DNA of 61,028 bases from an uncultured Spirochaetaceae bacterium (GTDB taxonomy: Bacteria; Spirochaetota; Spirochaetia; DSM-27196; PWMO01), in assembly GCA_964654185.1 (NCBI GenBank), contig CAZZIE010000007.1, forward strand, positions 1-61,028. The letters are read 5' to 3'. Positions 9,828-18,764 of this stretch are shown here, piece by piece. The notes beneath the pieces are model-generated. The model searched no databases. It saw only the letters and a list, made by a program, of their open reading frames with translations, and was not told the DNA's origin. Position 1 is the first letter of the stretch, and each line of letters opens with the position of its first letter. A program made the translations under genes and the position numbers.

Positions 9828-11027
9828 CTACTCCCCGTCGTCGCTTTCGGCAATAAGTCGCGTGAGGGTTTCGGTGATCCGGTCGACGAGGGCGCCGAAG
9901 TCGGGGGCATCGCTCTTCTCAATCCGGAACCCAATGGCGCCGGCGTGGCCGCCGCCGTTCTCAATGTTCATCTCATCGAGGAGTAAGCGAAGGTCCAGGG
10001 TCTTGAAGGCGCGGCTTCGCCGCGACCTGAGCTGAATGAGGTTGGAAACTCCGGGGGGGTCGAAGAAACACACCAGGCTGACGTAGCCGCTCGCCTCGGC
10101 GAGCTCGTCCGCGACGCCCCGGGCGACCGAGACGAGAGTGTCGACGTCGAATCGTTCCGTCGCCTCGGCACTCGCCTCCTCATCCAGCGCCGCAATGCCG
10201 ACGGGGCCGCGGATCTCCCGGTGCTTCATGATGAAGGCGTGGCACTTCGACTCCTTAACGGACAGCTTCTTCAGCTCGGAGTAGACCTCTTCCATGTTGG
10301 TGAAGTTGGTGTGCTTGGTCGTCTTTGCCGTAAGGAGGCGGTCGAACATGTTGCTGAACATGCGGTAGAACCGCGCCTCCTTCTTGCTCTTGATGAAGCT
10401 CCCCATCTGGGTATCGCCGACAATGCCGGTGATGATCGCAAGGACCACGTTGCGAGAAAAGACTTCCTCCACGGCGAACTCCTGAAGGAGCTCATCCCGA
10501 CCGCTGAGCTTGCAGGCCAGAAGGCCGACGAGCTCACAGGCGGAGGAGGCTTCCGCCACGAGAGCGTATTCCGGCTTCGCGTTGTAGCGGCTGTCCGATG
10601 CAACGTGATGATCGAACTCTATGTGGAGAACGTCGTCCCGGCCGACGAGCGCCTCTACCTCCGGGGAGATGTATACGAGATCCGGCTTGGCGCTGTCGCA
10701 GAAGATGATCGTGTCGATCCGGTCCTCTTCATCGCGGCACCCGGTATTCACGTTGATCGAGTTGTACCGGGCAATGTCGATGAGGTACTCGAAGTGGTCC
10801 GGAAGGTCCGGGATGGTGCAGAGGGTGACCTTCTTGTCGAGCTTGCTCAGGAGAAGGGCAACCGCGACCATGCAGGAGACGCAATCCTCGTCGGGACTCT
10901 TGTGACCGACGATCACAAAGTTCTCGCGTCGGGCAAAGGCGGTTATGATATTGTCCACGACGCGATTCTTCTGAGCGATCGTGGGGATGTCCCGCTTCCG
11001 CATTGTGCTGGCATCCGGACTGTGCAT
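9828..11027 (-). CDS. DHH/DHHA1 family phosphoesterase
   Basis: GHKSPDED, FCDS, FDHH, GIVGDT and GGGHAGAIG motifs. GGAGG RBS upstream of the ATG at 11027. Confidence 0.85.
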   Translation of the reverse strand: MHSPDASTMRKRDIPTIAQKNRVVDNIITAFARRENFVIVGHKSPDEDCVSCMVAVALLLSKLDKKVTLCTIPDLPDHFEYLIDIARYNSINVNTGCRDEEDRIDTIIFCDSAKPDLVYISPEVEALVGRDDVLHIEFDHHVASDSRYNAKPEYALVAEASSACELVGLLACKLSGRDELLQEFAVEEVFSRNVVLAIITGIVGDTQMGSFIKSKKEARFYRMFSNMFDRLLTAKTTKHTNFTNMEEVYSELKKLSVKESKCHAFIMKHREIRGPVGIAALDEEASAEATERFDVDTLVSVARGVADELAEASGYVSLVCFFDPPGVSNLIQLRSRRSRAFKTLDLRLLLDEMNIENGGGHAGAIGFRIEKSDAPDFGALVDRITETLTRLIAESDDGE

Positions 11028-11045
11028 GAACGTCCCTCCGTATGA

Positions 11046-11104
11046 GCTCAGTAGCCCCCGTGGGCTCAACAGCCCCTGTGGGCTCAACAGCCCCAGTGGG
11101 CTCA
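11046..11104. repeat. 18-bp tandem repeat (about 3.3 copies, GCTCAACAGCCCCNGTGG)
   Basis: Units at 11046, 11064 and 11082 plus a partial unit. They form GGGCT-CAAC-AGCCC hairpins. Confidence 0.85.
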
Positions 11105-12091
11105 GCCGCCGTCTTCCCCCGTCGGGGCGACTTCGGAGCGATTCCGACCGCGCTCCTTAGCAATGTACAGCGCCTGGTCGGCCTTTTCCCGCAGTTCTTC
11201 GGCATCCGCGGCGTGCATGGGATAACAGGCGATGCCCTGACTCGTCGTGACCTTGGTGATGGTCCCGCCGAACTGCTCGAGGAAGTCGAGTTGTGCGACC
11301 TCTTCCCGAAGCTTCCCGCAGATCTCGCTTGCGACGTCCGGCGTCGTGTTCGGCAGAATGAAGGTGAACTCGTCTCCGCCGTACCGCGCCAGGATGTCCG
11401 TCTCGCGAAAGTTGCGCTTGATCGCCGGGGCGACGGCGGCAATGAGCTGATCTCCGGTCTCGTGACCGTACTCGTTGTTGATTCCGGTGAAACGGTCCAG
11501 ATCCATCATGACCAGACACATCGGTTCTCCCGTCGAGACGGCGTGGGCGAACTGGTCGGTGAGGCTCTGGTCCAGGAAGCGCCGATTGAAGAGCCCGGTC
11601 AGATCGTCGGTGAAGGCGCGCTTCCGGGACTCCTCACCCCACTGGACGAGATCCGAGAGGAAGGAGCTCGTGTTCTCCAGTCGTCCCGCAATGACCCCGA
11701 GCATCTTATGCATGATCTTGATGGCAACTGTCGGCCTGCTGCTCAGGAGTGTCGAGAAGTCCTTCTCGTGGAGGCGGTACACCACGGCGTCGTCTGCGGC
11801 ACGGCATGTCGCCGAGCGCGGGGCGTGCTCGAATATGGACATCTCCCCGAAGAAGTCTCCGGGGCCGAACTCAGCGACCGTCAGGTCCTCTCCGTCCTCG
11901 GTGCTCACGCTGGTCGCCACCTTCCCATCACTCACAATGAAGAGAGAGTCGCCGGGATCTCCCTGCTGGAACAGCGCCTGTCCGTCGGTGAGATGCTCTT
12001 CCTTCAGGACCTGAGAGATCGCTTCCAGCTCGCTGGAATTGAGGTCGGCGAAGATCTCGACGCCTTCGAGAAAGGAGAGCTCACTAACCAT
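11102..12091 (-). CDS. cNMP-binding domain + GGDEF protein
   Basis: CAP_ED motif FGPGDFFGEMSIFEHAPRSAT, then DLDRFTGINNEYGHETGD, an RETD I-site, RYGGDEF and AKERGRNR. Confidence 0.9.
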   Translation of the reverse strand: MVSELSFLEGVEIFADLNSSELEAISQVLKEEHLTDGQALFQQGDPGDSLFIVSDGKVATSVSTEDGEDLTVAEFGPGDFFGEMSIFEHAPRSATCRAADDAVVYRLHEKDFSTLLSSRPTVAIKIMHKMLGVIAGRLENTSSFLSDLVQWGEESRKRAFTDDLTGLFNRRFLDQSLTDQFAHAVSTGEPMCLVMMDLDRFTGINNEYGHETGDQLIAAVAPAIKRNFRETDILARYGGDEFTFILPNTTPDVASEICGKLREEVAQLDFLEQFGGTITKVTTSQGIACYPMHAADAEELREKADQALYIAKERGRNRSEVAPTGEDGG

Positions 12092-13121
12092 TGTCGCCTC
12101 CGGACTGCGTCGACTCCTGCCGAACCTGCCCGCTTCCTTCCGCGCAGACGCGGTCGCCGCCGTCGTTGCGGGCGTGCATGAGCCGGTCGTAGGCGAGCTG
12201 GAGCAGGTCGTCGCCGTTGCTCCCGTCGGTCGGCGCGACCGCAATTCCAATGCTCGGGGTAAGCGTCACCGCCTCGCCGGTCATACCGGAAATGTCGATG
12301 GCGTGGACGCGATCCCGCAGCTCCTCGGCGATCTTCAACGCGCCCTCGCGGGCGATCCCCGGCAGCAGTGCAGCGAACTCATTGCCGCGGTAGCGGATTG
12401 CGGAGCCGTCCACATCGACCCGTTCCTGAAAGCTCCGAGCCAGGATCTTGATCGTCTTGTCGCCCACCTCGTGACCGTAGGTATCGTTTATGTCCTTGAA
12501 TCGGTCCGGCTTGAGCATGAGGACGCTCGATGCATCGGCGTCGGTGGGTGGAAAGCTCTTCATGGAGTCCTTGAGAAACGCGGTGTTGTAGAGGCCCGTG
12601 AGTTTGTCGGAGTAAACCTGACGACGCAACTCGCGAACCCAGGAGCTGTTCTCGCTGAGGAGCTTGTTCGTTGAGCGGATCCGCCCCGCCAGGAAGGCGA
12701 TCAGCTTCTGGAGAACCCGCGCAAAGACCACCGGCTCGCGGTCGAGCACGTCTTCGAACCGATCCGGCGGGGCCGGGAAGACCAGCACCCTTGTCTCCTT
12801 GCTTGCTACCGCGGTGGCGCTGCGGCCGGATCCGCGCAGTACGTCCAGCTCTCCGAAGGACTCTCCGGCAATGAAGCGTGCCACATCCCGGGAACGGGTC
12901 TCATCTTCCTTCTGGCGGATGAGAACCTCCCCCCGCTCAATGACGTAGAAGTTGCTTGCGCGGTCGTTCTCCCGAAAGACCGGCTGCTCTTCCTGAAAGG
13001 TGAGGTAGATGCTGTGTCGCTCCACCGCCGAGCGCTCTTCCGCGCTCAATTCGGCGAAGATTCCGCTTCCGGCCAGGAGATCGGAAGTTGTGCTGCGGTT
13101 CATTGTGGCTGCCACACTCAT
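12084..13121 (-). CDS. cNMP-binding domain + degenerate GGDEF (RGNEF) protein
   Basis: FIAGESFGELDVLRGSGRSATA, then KPDRFKDINDTYGHEVGD and RYRGNEF. Confidence 0.85.
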   Translation of the reverse strand: MSVAATMNRSTTSDLLAGSGIFAELSAEERSAVERHSIYLTFQEEQPVFRENDRASNFYVIERGEVLIRQKEDETRSRDVARFIAGESFGELDVLRGSGRSATAVASKETRVLVFPAPPDRFEDVLDREPVVFARVLQKLIAFLAGRIRSTNKLLSENSSWVRELRRQVYSDKLTGLYNTAFLKDSMKSFPPTDADASSVLMLKPDRFKDINDTYGHEVGDKTIKILARSFQERVDVDGSAIRYRGNEFAALLPGIAREGALKIAEELRDRVHAIDISGMTGEAVTLTPSIGIAVAPTDGSNGDDLLQLAYDRLMHARNDGGDRVCAEGSGQVRQESTQSGGDNG

Positions 13122-13245
13122 TCCTCGGCCCGTAGTTTCCCCTAGTATGGCGAGGCTTCCCTCGAAAAAGCAAGGACAAGGTAGTCACAGGAGCGTTTCC
13201 TTGACTTCGAGATCTGACTGGTTAGTTTGAAAAGAGGAGGGCAAG

Positions 13246-15174
13246 ATGCGGAACACCCTTACTGAAGAGATTCTGGAGCAGCATCTGGTAGAGGGAAGTC
13301 TCGAACCGGGGCAGGAAATCGGTCTCCGGGTGGATCAGACCCTCACCCAGGATGCTACCGGAACCATGGTATATCTGGAGTTCGAGACACTTGGTATCGA
13401 CACGGCACAGCCCGAAGTCGCGGTGAGCTACATAGATCACAACATCATCCAGACCGACTACAAGAACGCCGACGACCATCGCTTTCTGCAGTCGAGTGCC
13501 GCGCGATACGGGGTTACCTTGTCGCCGGCGGGCAACGGCGTATCGCACCACGTCCATCGGCAGCGCTTCGGAATGCCCGGGAAGACGCTCCTGGGCTCGG
13601 ACAGCCACACCACAACCGGTGGATGCCTGAGCATGCTCGCCATGGGCGCCGGCGGCCTGGAAGTCGCCATGGCCATGGCCGGCAGGCCCTACTACATCAC
13701 CACGCCGAAGGTGTGGGGTATCTACGTCGAGAATGAGCTGCAGCCCTTCGTCTCCGGGAAGGATGTGATACTCGAGCTCCTTCGCCGGTTCACCGTGAAG
13801 GGTGGTCTCGGCACGGTCATGGAGTTCCACGGCCCCGGCGTCGAGAACCTGGACATGGCTGCGCGGGCGACCATTGCCAACATGGCCGTCGACATTGGTG
13901 CTACCGCGGCAATGTTTCCCTCCGACGAGATCACCCGGGACTTCATGCGCCTCAACGGCCGGGAAGAGCAATGGGTGGAGCGGCCGCAGCGTCCCGACGG
14001 CGAGTTCGACGAGCTCACCGAGCTCGATCTGAGCGCCATTGACCCCCTGGTTGCCTGCCCGTCCAATCCGGACAACGTCAAGCCGGCGCGGGAGCTGGCC
14101 GACGTACCGGTGCATCAGGTGATCATCGGGTCGAGCTGTAACGGCAGCTACCGGGACTTCATGGTTGCCGCGCACATGGTGGACGGTCACATCAAGGCCG
14201 GGCACACCAACTTCGAGATCAACACCGGGAGCCGCCAGACCCTGGTCAATCTCCTGGCGCAGGGAGGACTGCAGAAGCTCATCGGTGCGGGTGCGCGCGT
14301 TCACGAGCCGGGCTGTCTGGGCTGCATCGGCATGGGCCAGGCTCCGGCGACGGGAACGAACTCGCTGCGCACCTTTCCGCGGAACTTCAAGGGCCGGAGC
14401 GGCACCAAGGAGGACTTCGTCTACCTCTGTTCGCCGGAGACCGCGGCGGCATCGGCCTTGACCGGATACATTTCGGATCCCCGCGAGATGGGCGAGTTCC
14501 CCGCCATTCCCTTCCCCGAGCGGTTTGCCTTCAACGAGAAGTGGTTCATGCCGCCGCCGGAGGATCCCAGGAGCGTGGAAATCGACCGGGGGCCGAACAT
14601 CAAACCCTTCCCCGAGTTCGATCCGCTTCCGGACGATCTCAAACTGAAGGTCTCACTCAAGGTGGAAGACAACATCAGCACGGACATCATCATGCCGGCG
14701 GGCAATCGCGTTCTGCCCTATCGCAGCAACATTCCGGCCATCAGCGGTTTCGTCTACGACATCCTCGACAACGATTTCCCGGACCGCGCTCAGAGCTACG
14801 GACAGAGCGCAATTGTCGGCGGGCACAACTACGGGCAGGGCTCATCACGGGAGCACGCCGCCATTGCGCCGCGATACCTCGGCGTCCGAGTCAAGATTGC
14901 CAGGAGCTTTGCCCGGATTCACAAGGCCAATCTCGTGAACTTCGGCATTGTGCCGCTGGAGTTCGTGGATCCTGCCGACTACGAGAAGATCAACGCCGGG
15001 GATGCCCTGGAGTTTCCGGACCTCCGGCGACACGTCGAATCCGGCGCCGAGGAGATACCCGTGGCCATTAACGGTGCAACCATTCCGACGCGCCTCGACG
15101 TTTCACCGCGGCAGCGGCGCATGCTCGTTGCCGGCGGAGCGCTCAACGTTGTGAAGGAGGAACGCGGATCATGA
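13246..15174 (+). CDS. Aconitate hydratase (short ~640-aa type)
   Basis: LTQDATGT, DHN, GSDSHTTT, GSSCNGS, GCLGCIGMG, RNFKGRSG and NYGQGSSREHAA. Confidence 0.93.
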   Translation: MRNTLTEEILEQHLVEGSLEPGQEIGLRVDQTLTQDATGTMVYLEFETLGIDTAQPEVAVSYIDHNIIQTDYKNADDHRFLQSSAARYGVTLSPAGNGVSHHVHRQRFGMPGKTLLGSDSHTTTGGCLSMLAMGAGGLEVAMAMAGRPYYITTPKVWGIYVENELQPFVSGKDVILELLRRFTVKGGLGTVMEFHGPGVENLDMAARATIANMAVDIGATAAMFPSDEITRDFMRLNGREEQWVERPQRPDGEFDELTELDLSAIDPLVACPSNPDNVKPARELADVPVHQVIIGSSCNGSYRDFMVAAHMVDGHIKAGHTNFEINTGSRQTLVNLLAQGGLQKLIGAGARVHEPGCLGCIGMGQAPATGTNSLRTFPRNFKGRSGTKEDFVYLCSPETAAASALTGYISDPREMGEFPAIPFPERFAFNEKWFMPPPEDPRSVEIDRGPNIKPFPEFDPLPDDLKLKVSLKVEDNISTDIIMPAGNRVLPYRSNIPAISGFVYDILDNDFPDRAQSYGQSAIVGGHNYGQGSSREHAAIAPRYLGVRVKIARSFARIHKANLVNFGIVPLEFVDPADYEKINAGDALEFPDLRRHVESGAEEIPVAINGATIPTRLDVSPRQRRMLVAGGALNVVKEERGS

Positions 15175-15527
15175 CCGAGGAGTTTCTACAAGAGCGCAAG
15201 GCGGACCTTCAGCGTATGCGGGACGACCTGCGGGAGCGCGTGCAGCTCGAAACGTCGGAGTTCAACCGGCTCTTTGATCAGCTCTCGACCAAGGACTATC
15301 CGGAGCAGGCCCACGAAGAGATCGATGAGATCGCCACCGGACTCCGGGAGGTCACCGATCGTGAGCGCCTCCGGCGGATAGCGGCGGCGTTCTACCGGAT
15401 GGAGCAGGGCACTTACGGCATCTGCCAGAGCTGCGGCGGGGAGATTCATCCTGATCGTCTCGAGGCCATTCCGGATGCCCAGCTTTGTCTGGCGTGCAAA
15501 TCCCGGCTCGAGCAGGAGCGCCGCTGA
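15171..15527 (+). CDS. DksA/TraR C4 zinc-finger protein
   Basis: Coiled coil followed by YGICQSCGGEIHPDRLEAIPDAQLCLAC. Confidence 0.9.
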   Translation: MTEEFLQERKADLQRMRDDLRERVQLETSEFNRLFDQLSTKDYPEQAHEEIDEIATGLREVTDRERLRRIAAAFYRMEQGTYGICQSCGGEIHPDRLEAIPDAQLCLACKSRLEQERR

Positions 15528-15541
15528 CCGGCGCGTCCCCG

Positions 15542-16288
15542 ATGAGCTTCCTTACAGCCGACGTTGCCATTGTCTTCTACTACGCCGCCATCACCGCTGT
15601 CGCTACCGGACTCGGTGCGGTCCCGTTCTTCTTCATCCGCCGCGTTCCAAAGGTGTGGCTCGGCCGTGCGGGCGCTCTGGCGGCGGGAATCATGGCCGCC
15701 GCCAGCTTCAATCTCATATTCGAAGGTCTCGCCTACGGGATGCCCCGGGTCGTTGTGGGCATTGTCGTGGGTACCGCCCTTATCTGGCTGGCCCAGAACC
15801 GGCTCAGTGACCGTGAAGAGCTGGATGCGGGAGCCCTCAGCGGCGCGGATGCGCTGAAGGCCTTACTCATTGTGGGAGTCATGACGGCGCACTCCTTTGC
15901 TGAGGGGGTCGGTGTCGGCGTGTCCTTCGGCGGCGGTCGCGAGTTCGGGGCCTTCATCTCCATAGCGATTGCGGTTCATAACATCCCGGAGGGGCTTGCC
16001 ATCAGTCTGGTACTCGTGCCGAAAGGGGTGAAGCCGTGGAAGGCCGTGCTGTGGTCCATCTTCACCAGTCTGCCGCAACCTCTGATTGCCGTTCCGGCCT
16101 TTCTCTTCGTTGAGGCCTTCCGTCCCTTCCTGCCCGTAGGGCTGGGACTTGCAGGAGGCGCCATGGTGTGGATGATTACCTCGGAGCTCATTCCCGACGC
16201 CCTGGAAGATGCGCCGAAGGAGCAGGTAGCGACCATCACCACCCTCGGCGTCGCCGCCATGGTGGCCTTCCAGGTTCTGGTCGGTTAA
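15542..16288 (+). CDS. ZIP (ZupT/GufA) family metal transporter
   Basis: AHSFAEGVGVG and AIAVHNIPEGLAI motifs. Confidence 0.9.
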   Translation: MSFLTADVAIVFYYAAITAVATGLGAVPFFFIRRVPKVWLGRAGALAAGIMAAASFNLIFEGLAYGMPRVVVGIVVGTALIWLAQNRLSDREELDAGALSGADALKALLIVGVMTAHSFAEGVGVGVSFGGGREFGAFISIAIAVHNIPEGLAISLVLVPKGVKPWKAVLWSIFTSLPQPLIAVPAFLFVEAFRPFLPVGLGLAGGAMVWMITSELIPDALEDAPKEQVATITTLGVAAMVAFQVLVG

Positions 16289-16307
16289 CTGGATCCCGGG
16301 CGGTGCC

Positions 16308-16916
16308 GTGGCGACTATCATCATCCTCCTTGTAATCCTCTTTCTGGTTCTCGCCGCAGTGGCCAGCATCATGGTGAGCACGCTCATGACCGGAACGCCG
16401 CCCATGCCGACCTCGCCGGTGGTTCTGCCCACCGTGGTGTCGGCGGTGCGGGCCTCGCTCCCGGCTACGGAGGCCGCCCCGGAGTCGCCGCACTCCCGGC
16501 GACGTCCGGTTGTGCTGGATGCCGGCTGCGGATGGGGAACCCTGGTCATGGCGCTCGCGGCGACCATTCCGGGCATCGAGGTTCGTGGAATCGAGCGTTC
16601 GCCGGCCCCCTGCCTGTACGCCCGGGGGCGGGCCGCTTTGTTCAATCGCACTGCTCTGTCCGGGCGCCGCGCACCCGGGGGCGTTCCGCCGCGGGTCTTC
16701 GTGCGCTGCGGGGACCTCTTTCGGGAGTCACTGGAAGATGTGGACGTGCTGGTCACCTATCTCTCGACTGGTCACATGCAGCGGCTCAAACAAATCGAGG
16801 TCCGACTTCCGCCGGTCCTCGTCAGTGTTGCCTTCGCCTTACCGGATCGCACTCCGGCGGTGACGTATCGGGTCGACGACCCCTACCACACGCCGGTTTA
16901 CGTCTACCGCCTGTGA
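16308..16916 (+). CDS. Membrane-anchored class I SAM-dependent methyltransferase
   Basis: N-terminal TM, GTPPMPTS, VLDAGCGWG and VTYLS. Confidence 0.8.
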   Translation: MATIIILLVILFLVLAAVASIMVSTLMTGTPPMPTSPVVLPTVVSAVRASLPATEAAPESPHSRRRPVVLDAGCGWGTLVMALAATIPGIEVRGIERSPAPCLYARGRAALFNRTALSGRRAPGGVPPRVFVRCGDLFRESLEDVDVLVTYLSTGHMQRLKQIEVRLPPVLVSVAFALPDRTPAVTYRVDDPYHTPVYVYRL

Positions 16917-16920
16917 GGGT

Positions 16921-17040
16921 GCGCCGCGCCCGGCGAACAGCCGCGGCGCCGCGAACAACCGCGCCGATCCGGGCAGCACCCGCGGCGCGGCGGCGCGAAA
17001 AGCCGCGACCATCCGCGCCGGTCCGGGCAGCACCCGCGCC
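16921..17040. repeat. GC-rich direct repeats between convergent genes
   Basis: A 26-bp CCGCGCCGRTCCGGGCAGCACCCGCG-type unit at 16959 and 17013 (one mismatch), plus three GCGAA(C/A)A(G/A)CCGCG units. Confidence 0.7.
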
Positions 17041-17046
17041 CGCGAG

Positions 17047-18528
17047 CTACTGCGCCGGGGCGGCGTACTCCTTCCGGGGCCGGCCGGCCCGGGTGCGGTT
17101 GAGGAGCTCCGCCCGCCGCTCCGGCGTCTGGAACTGGAAGAGGCTCTCGTAGCCCTCTCCCCACTTGTACCATCGTGACTCCGGATCGTTAATGATTTCC
17201 TCCCAGATGGGATCCGCCAGGCTGCGGTACTTCTCCGCGTAGTTGTCGATCCACTTCACCGTCTCGGGATCCTTGATCAGATCCTCCGAGTGATCGTGCC
17301 CGTGTGGTACCAGGTACTCGTTGACCGCGTCGCGGAGGACGTCGGGGTTGTCAATGATCATGCAGGGAGCGCGCAGGTTGGCGTTGTCGTTGTAGGGGAA
17401 GCGACTGCGGATGTACTTGAAGAACTTCGAGTTCATGGCGTCGAAGAGTGAAGTGTTCCTGATATTGTCGGCGCTGAAGTGGGCGAAGACGCAGGGCTCC
17501 ACGTTACCGTTGTTGAGGACGTGCATGTACCCCTTGCCGCCGGCCATGCATCCGTTCACCGAGTCGCCGTCGTTCCAGAAGTCCGCCAGGAAGATTGGAT
17601 GCCTGGCCCGGAGCTCCCGGACCCGCCTGGCGCTGTAGACGCGCTGCTCCGGCGTCGGGACCAGATCCAGGATCGGGTCCTTACCGACGGGCATGAACAT
17701 GAAGTACCAGCCGAAGATGGCGCCCTTGTCCAGGAAGTACTCGACGAACTCGTCACTGAGGATCGAGTCCAGGTTGTATTGCGTCTGAGTGACGCTGATC
17801 CCGAACATGACCCCGTCCTCCCGGAGGTTCTCCATGGCGGTGAGGACCTTGTTCCACACGCCTTTGCCGCGGCGCTCGTCGGTCTCTTTCTGCCACCCCT
17901 CGACGCTGATGGCGGGGGCGACGTTGCCGAGCTTGCCGAGCTTCTTTGCAAGCTTCTTATCGAAGTAGGTCCCGTTGGTGTAGGTGAGGAAGAACATGTC
18001 GTTGTACTTCTTGAACATCTTCAGGAGGGTGTCCTTGATGAAGTAGGGCTCACCACCGGAGACGACAATGAAGTAGATGCCCAGATCGCGCGCCTGAGAG
18101 AGGACGCTGTCGATCTCATCCTCGGTGAGCTCGATCTGCTTCGTATACAGCCCCGAGTAGCATCCGGTGCACTTGAGATTGCAGCGCATCGTGGGGCTGA
18201 TAACCAGCACGGCGGGAACCATGTTCCCGTCGACGCTCAGCTCGTCGCGGCGCGCCTTCCCCTTGATGAAGGAGTTGTAGATGAGGTTGCGGGCAAGATT
18301 CTTCTTGTACGACTTGCTTGTCTCCGAGCCGATCCGCAGGAAGATTTTGGAGAAGTTCGTCTCCTCCTCGAGACTCCGGCGGAGATTGCCCACGAAGAGA
18401 TCGACATCGCGGGTAAGGTTCAGCTTCGATGTTGCCCCAATGAGCTGCTCGAGGTTCTCTCGTCGTCCGGTCAGACTCTTCTTGAGTCTGTTGACGACAA
18501 ACTTTTCAGCTAACGCAGAACCAGCCAT
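17047..18528 (-). CDS. Radical SAM protein with a SPASM/twitch-like C-terminal region
   Basis: CNLKCTGC (CxxxCxxC), VSGGEP, YTNGT, GCMAGG and VEPCVF. Confidence 0.9.
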   Translation of the reverse strand: MAGSALAEKFVVNRLKKSLTGRRENLEQLIGATSKLNLTRDVDLFVGNLRRSLEEETNFSKIFLRIGSETSKSYKKNLARNLIYNSFIKGKARRDELSVDGNMVPAVLVISPTMRCNLKCTGCYSGLYTKQIELTEDEIDSVLSQARDLGIYFIVVSGGEPYFIKDTLLKMFKKYNDMFFLTYTNGTYFDKKLAKKLGKLGNVAPAISVEGWQKETDERRGKGVWNKVLTAMENLREDGVMFGISVTQTQYNLDSILSDEFVEYFLDKGAIFGWYFMFMPVGKDPILDLVPTPEQRVYSARRVRELRARHPIFLADFWNDGDSVNGCMAGGKGYMHVLNNGNVEPCVFAHFSADNIRNTSLFDAMNSKFFKYIRSRFPYNDNANLRAPCMIIDNPDVLRDAVNEYLVPHGHDHSEDLIKDPETVKWIDNYAEKYRSLADPIWEEIINDPESRWYKWGEGYESLFQFQTPERRAELLNRTRAGRPRKEYAAPAQ

Positions 18529-18764
18529 TGCTTCCTCCTTCTCACAAGCGTACCAGGCTCTTTCAACATGTCGTTCGGTCGACGTGGATGCCGCCCGGCC
18601 GACGTGGTGCCTCCTTATGTGTATACGAAAAGGCTATCACCGGCCGACGGACTCACGAATAGGCCGTGTAGTCTATTCTGCGACAACTTCCGGAATGACG
18701 AACGCAGAATCTTGCTCCGCCGCGTTGACACGACGGCAAATATGCGTAGCGTGAAGGCGAAGCC

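Noticed and set aside
11102-12091. Hypr-type (cGAMP-producing) GGDEF
   Set aside because: The guanine-specifying Asp of GHxxGD is intact in both paralogues, with no Ser/Thr substitution.
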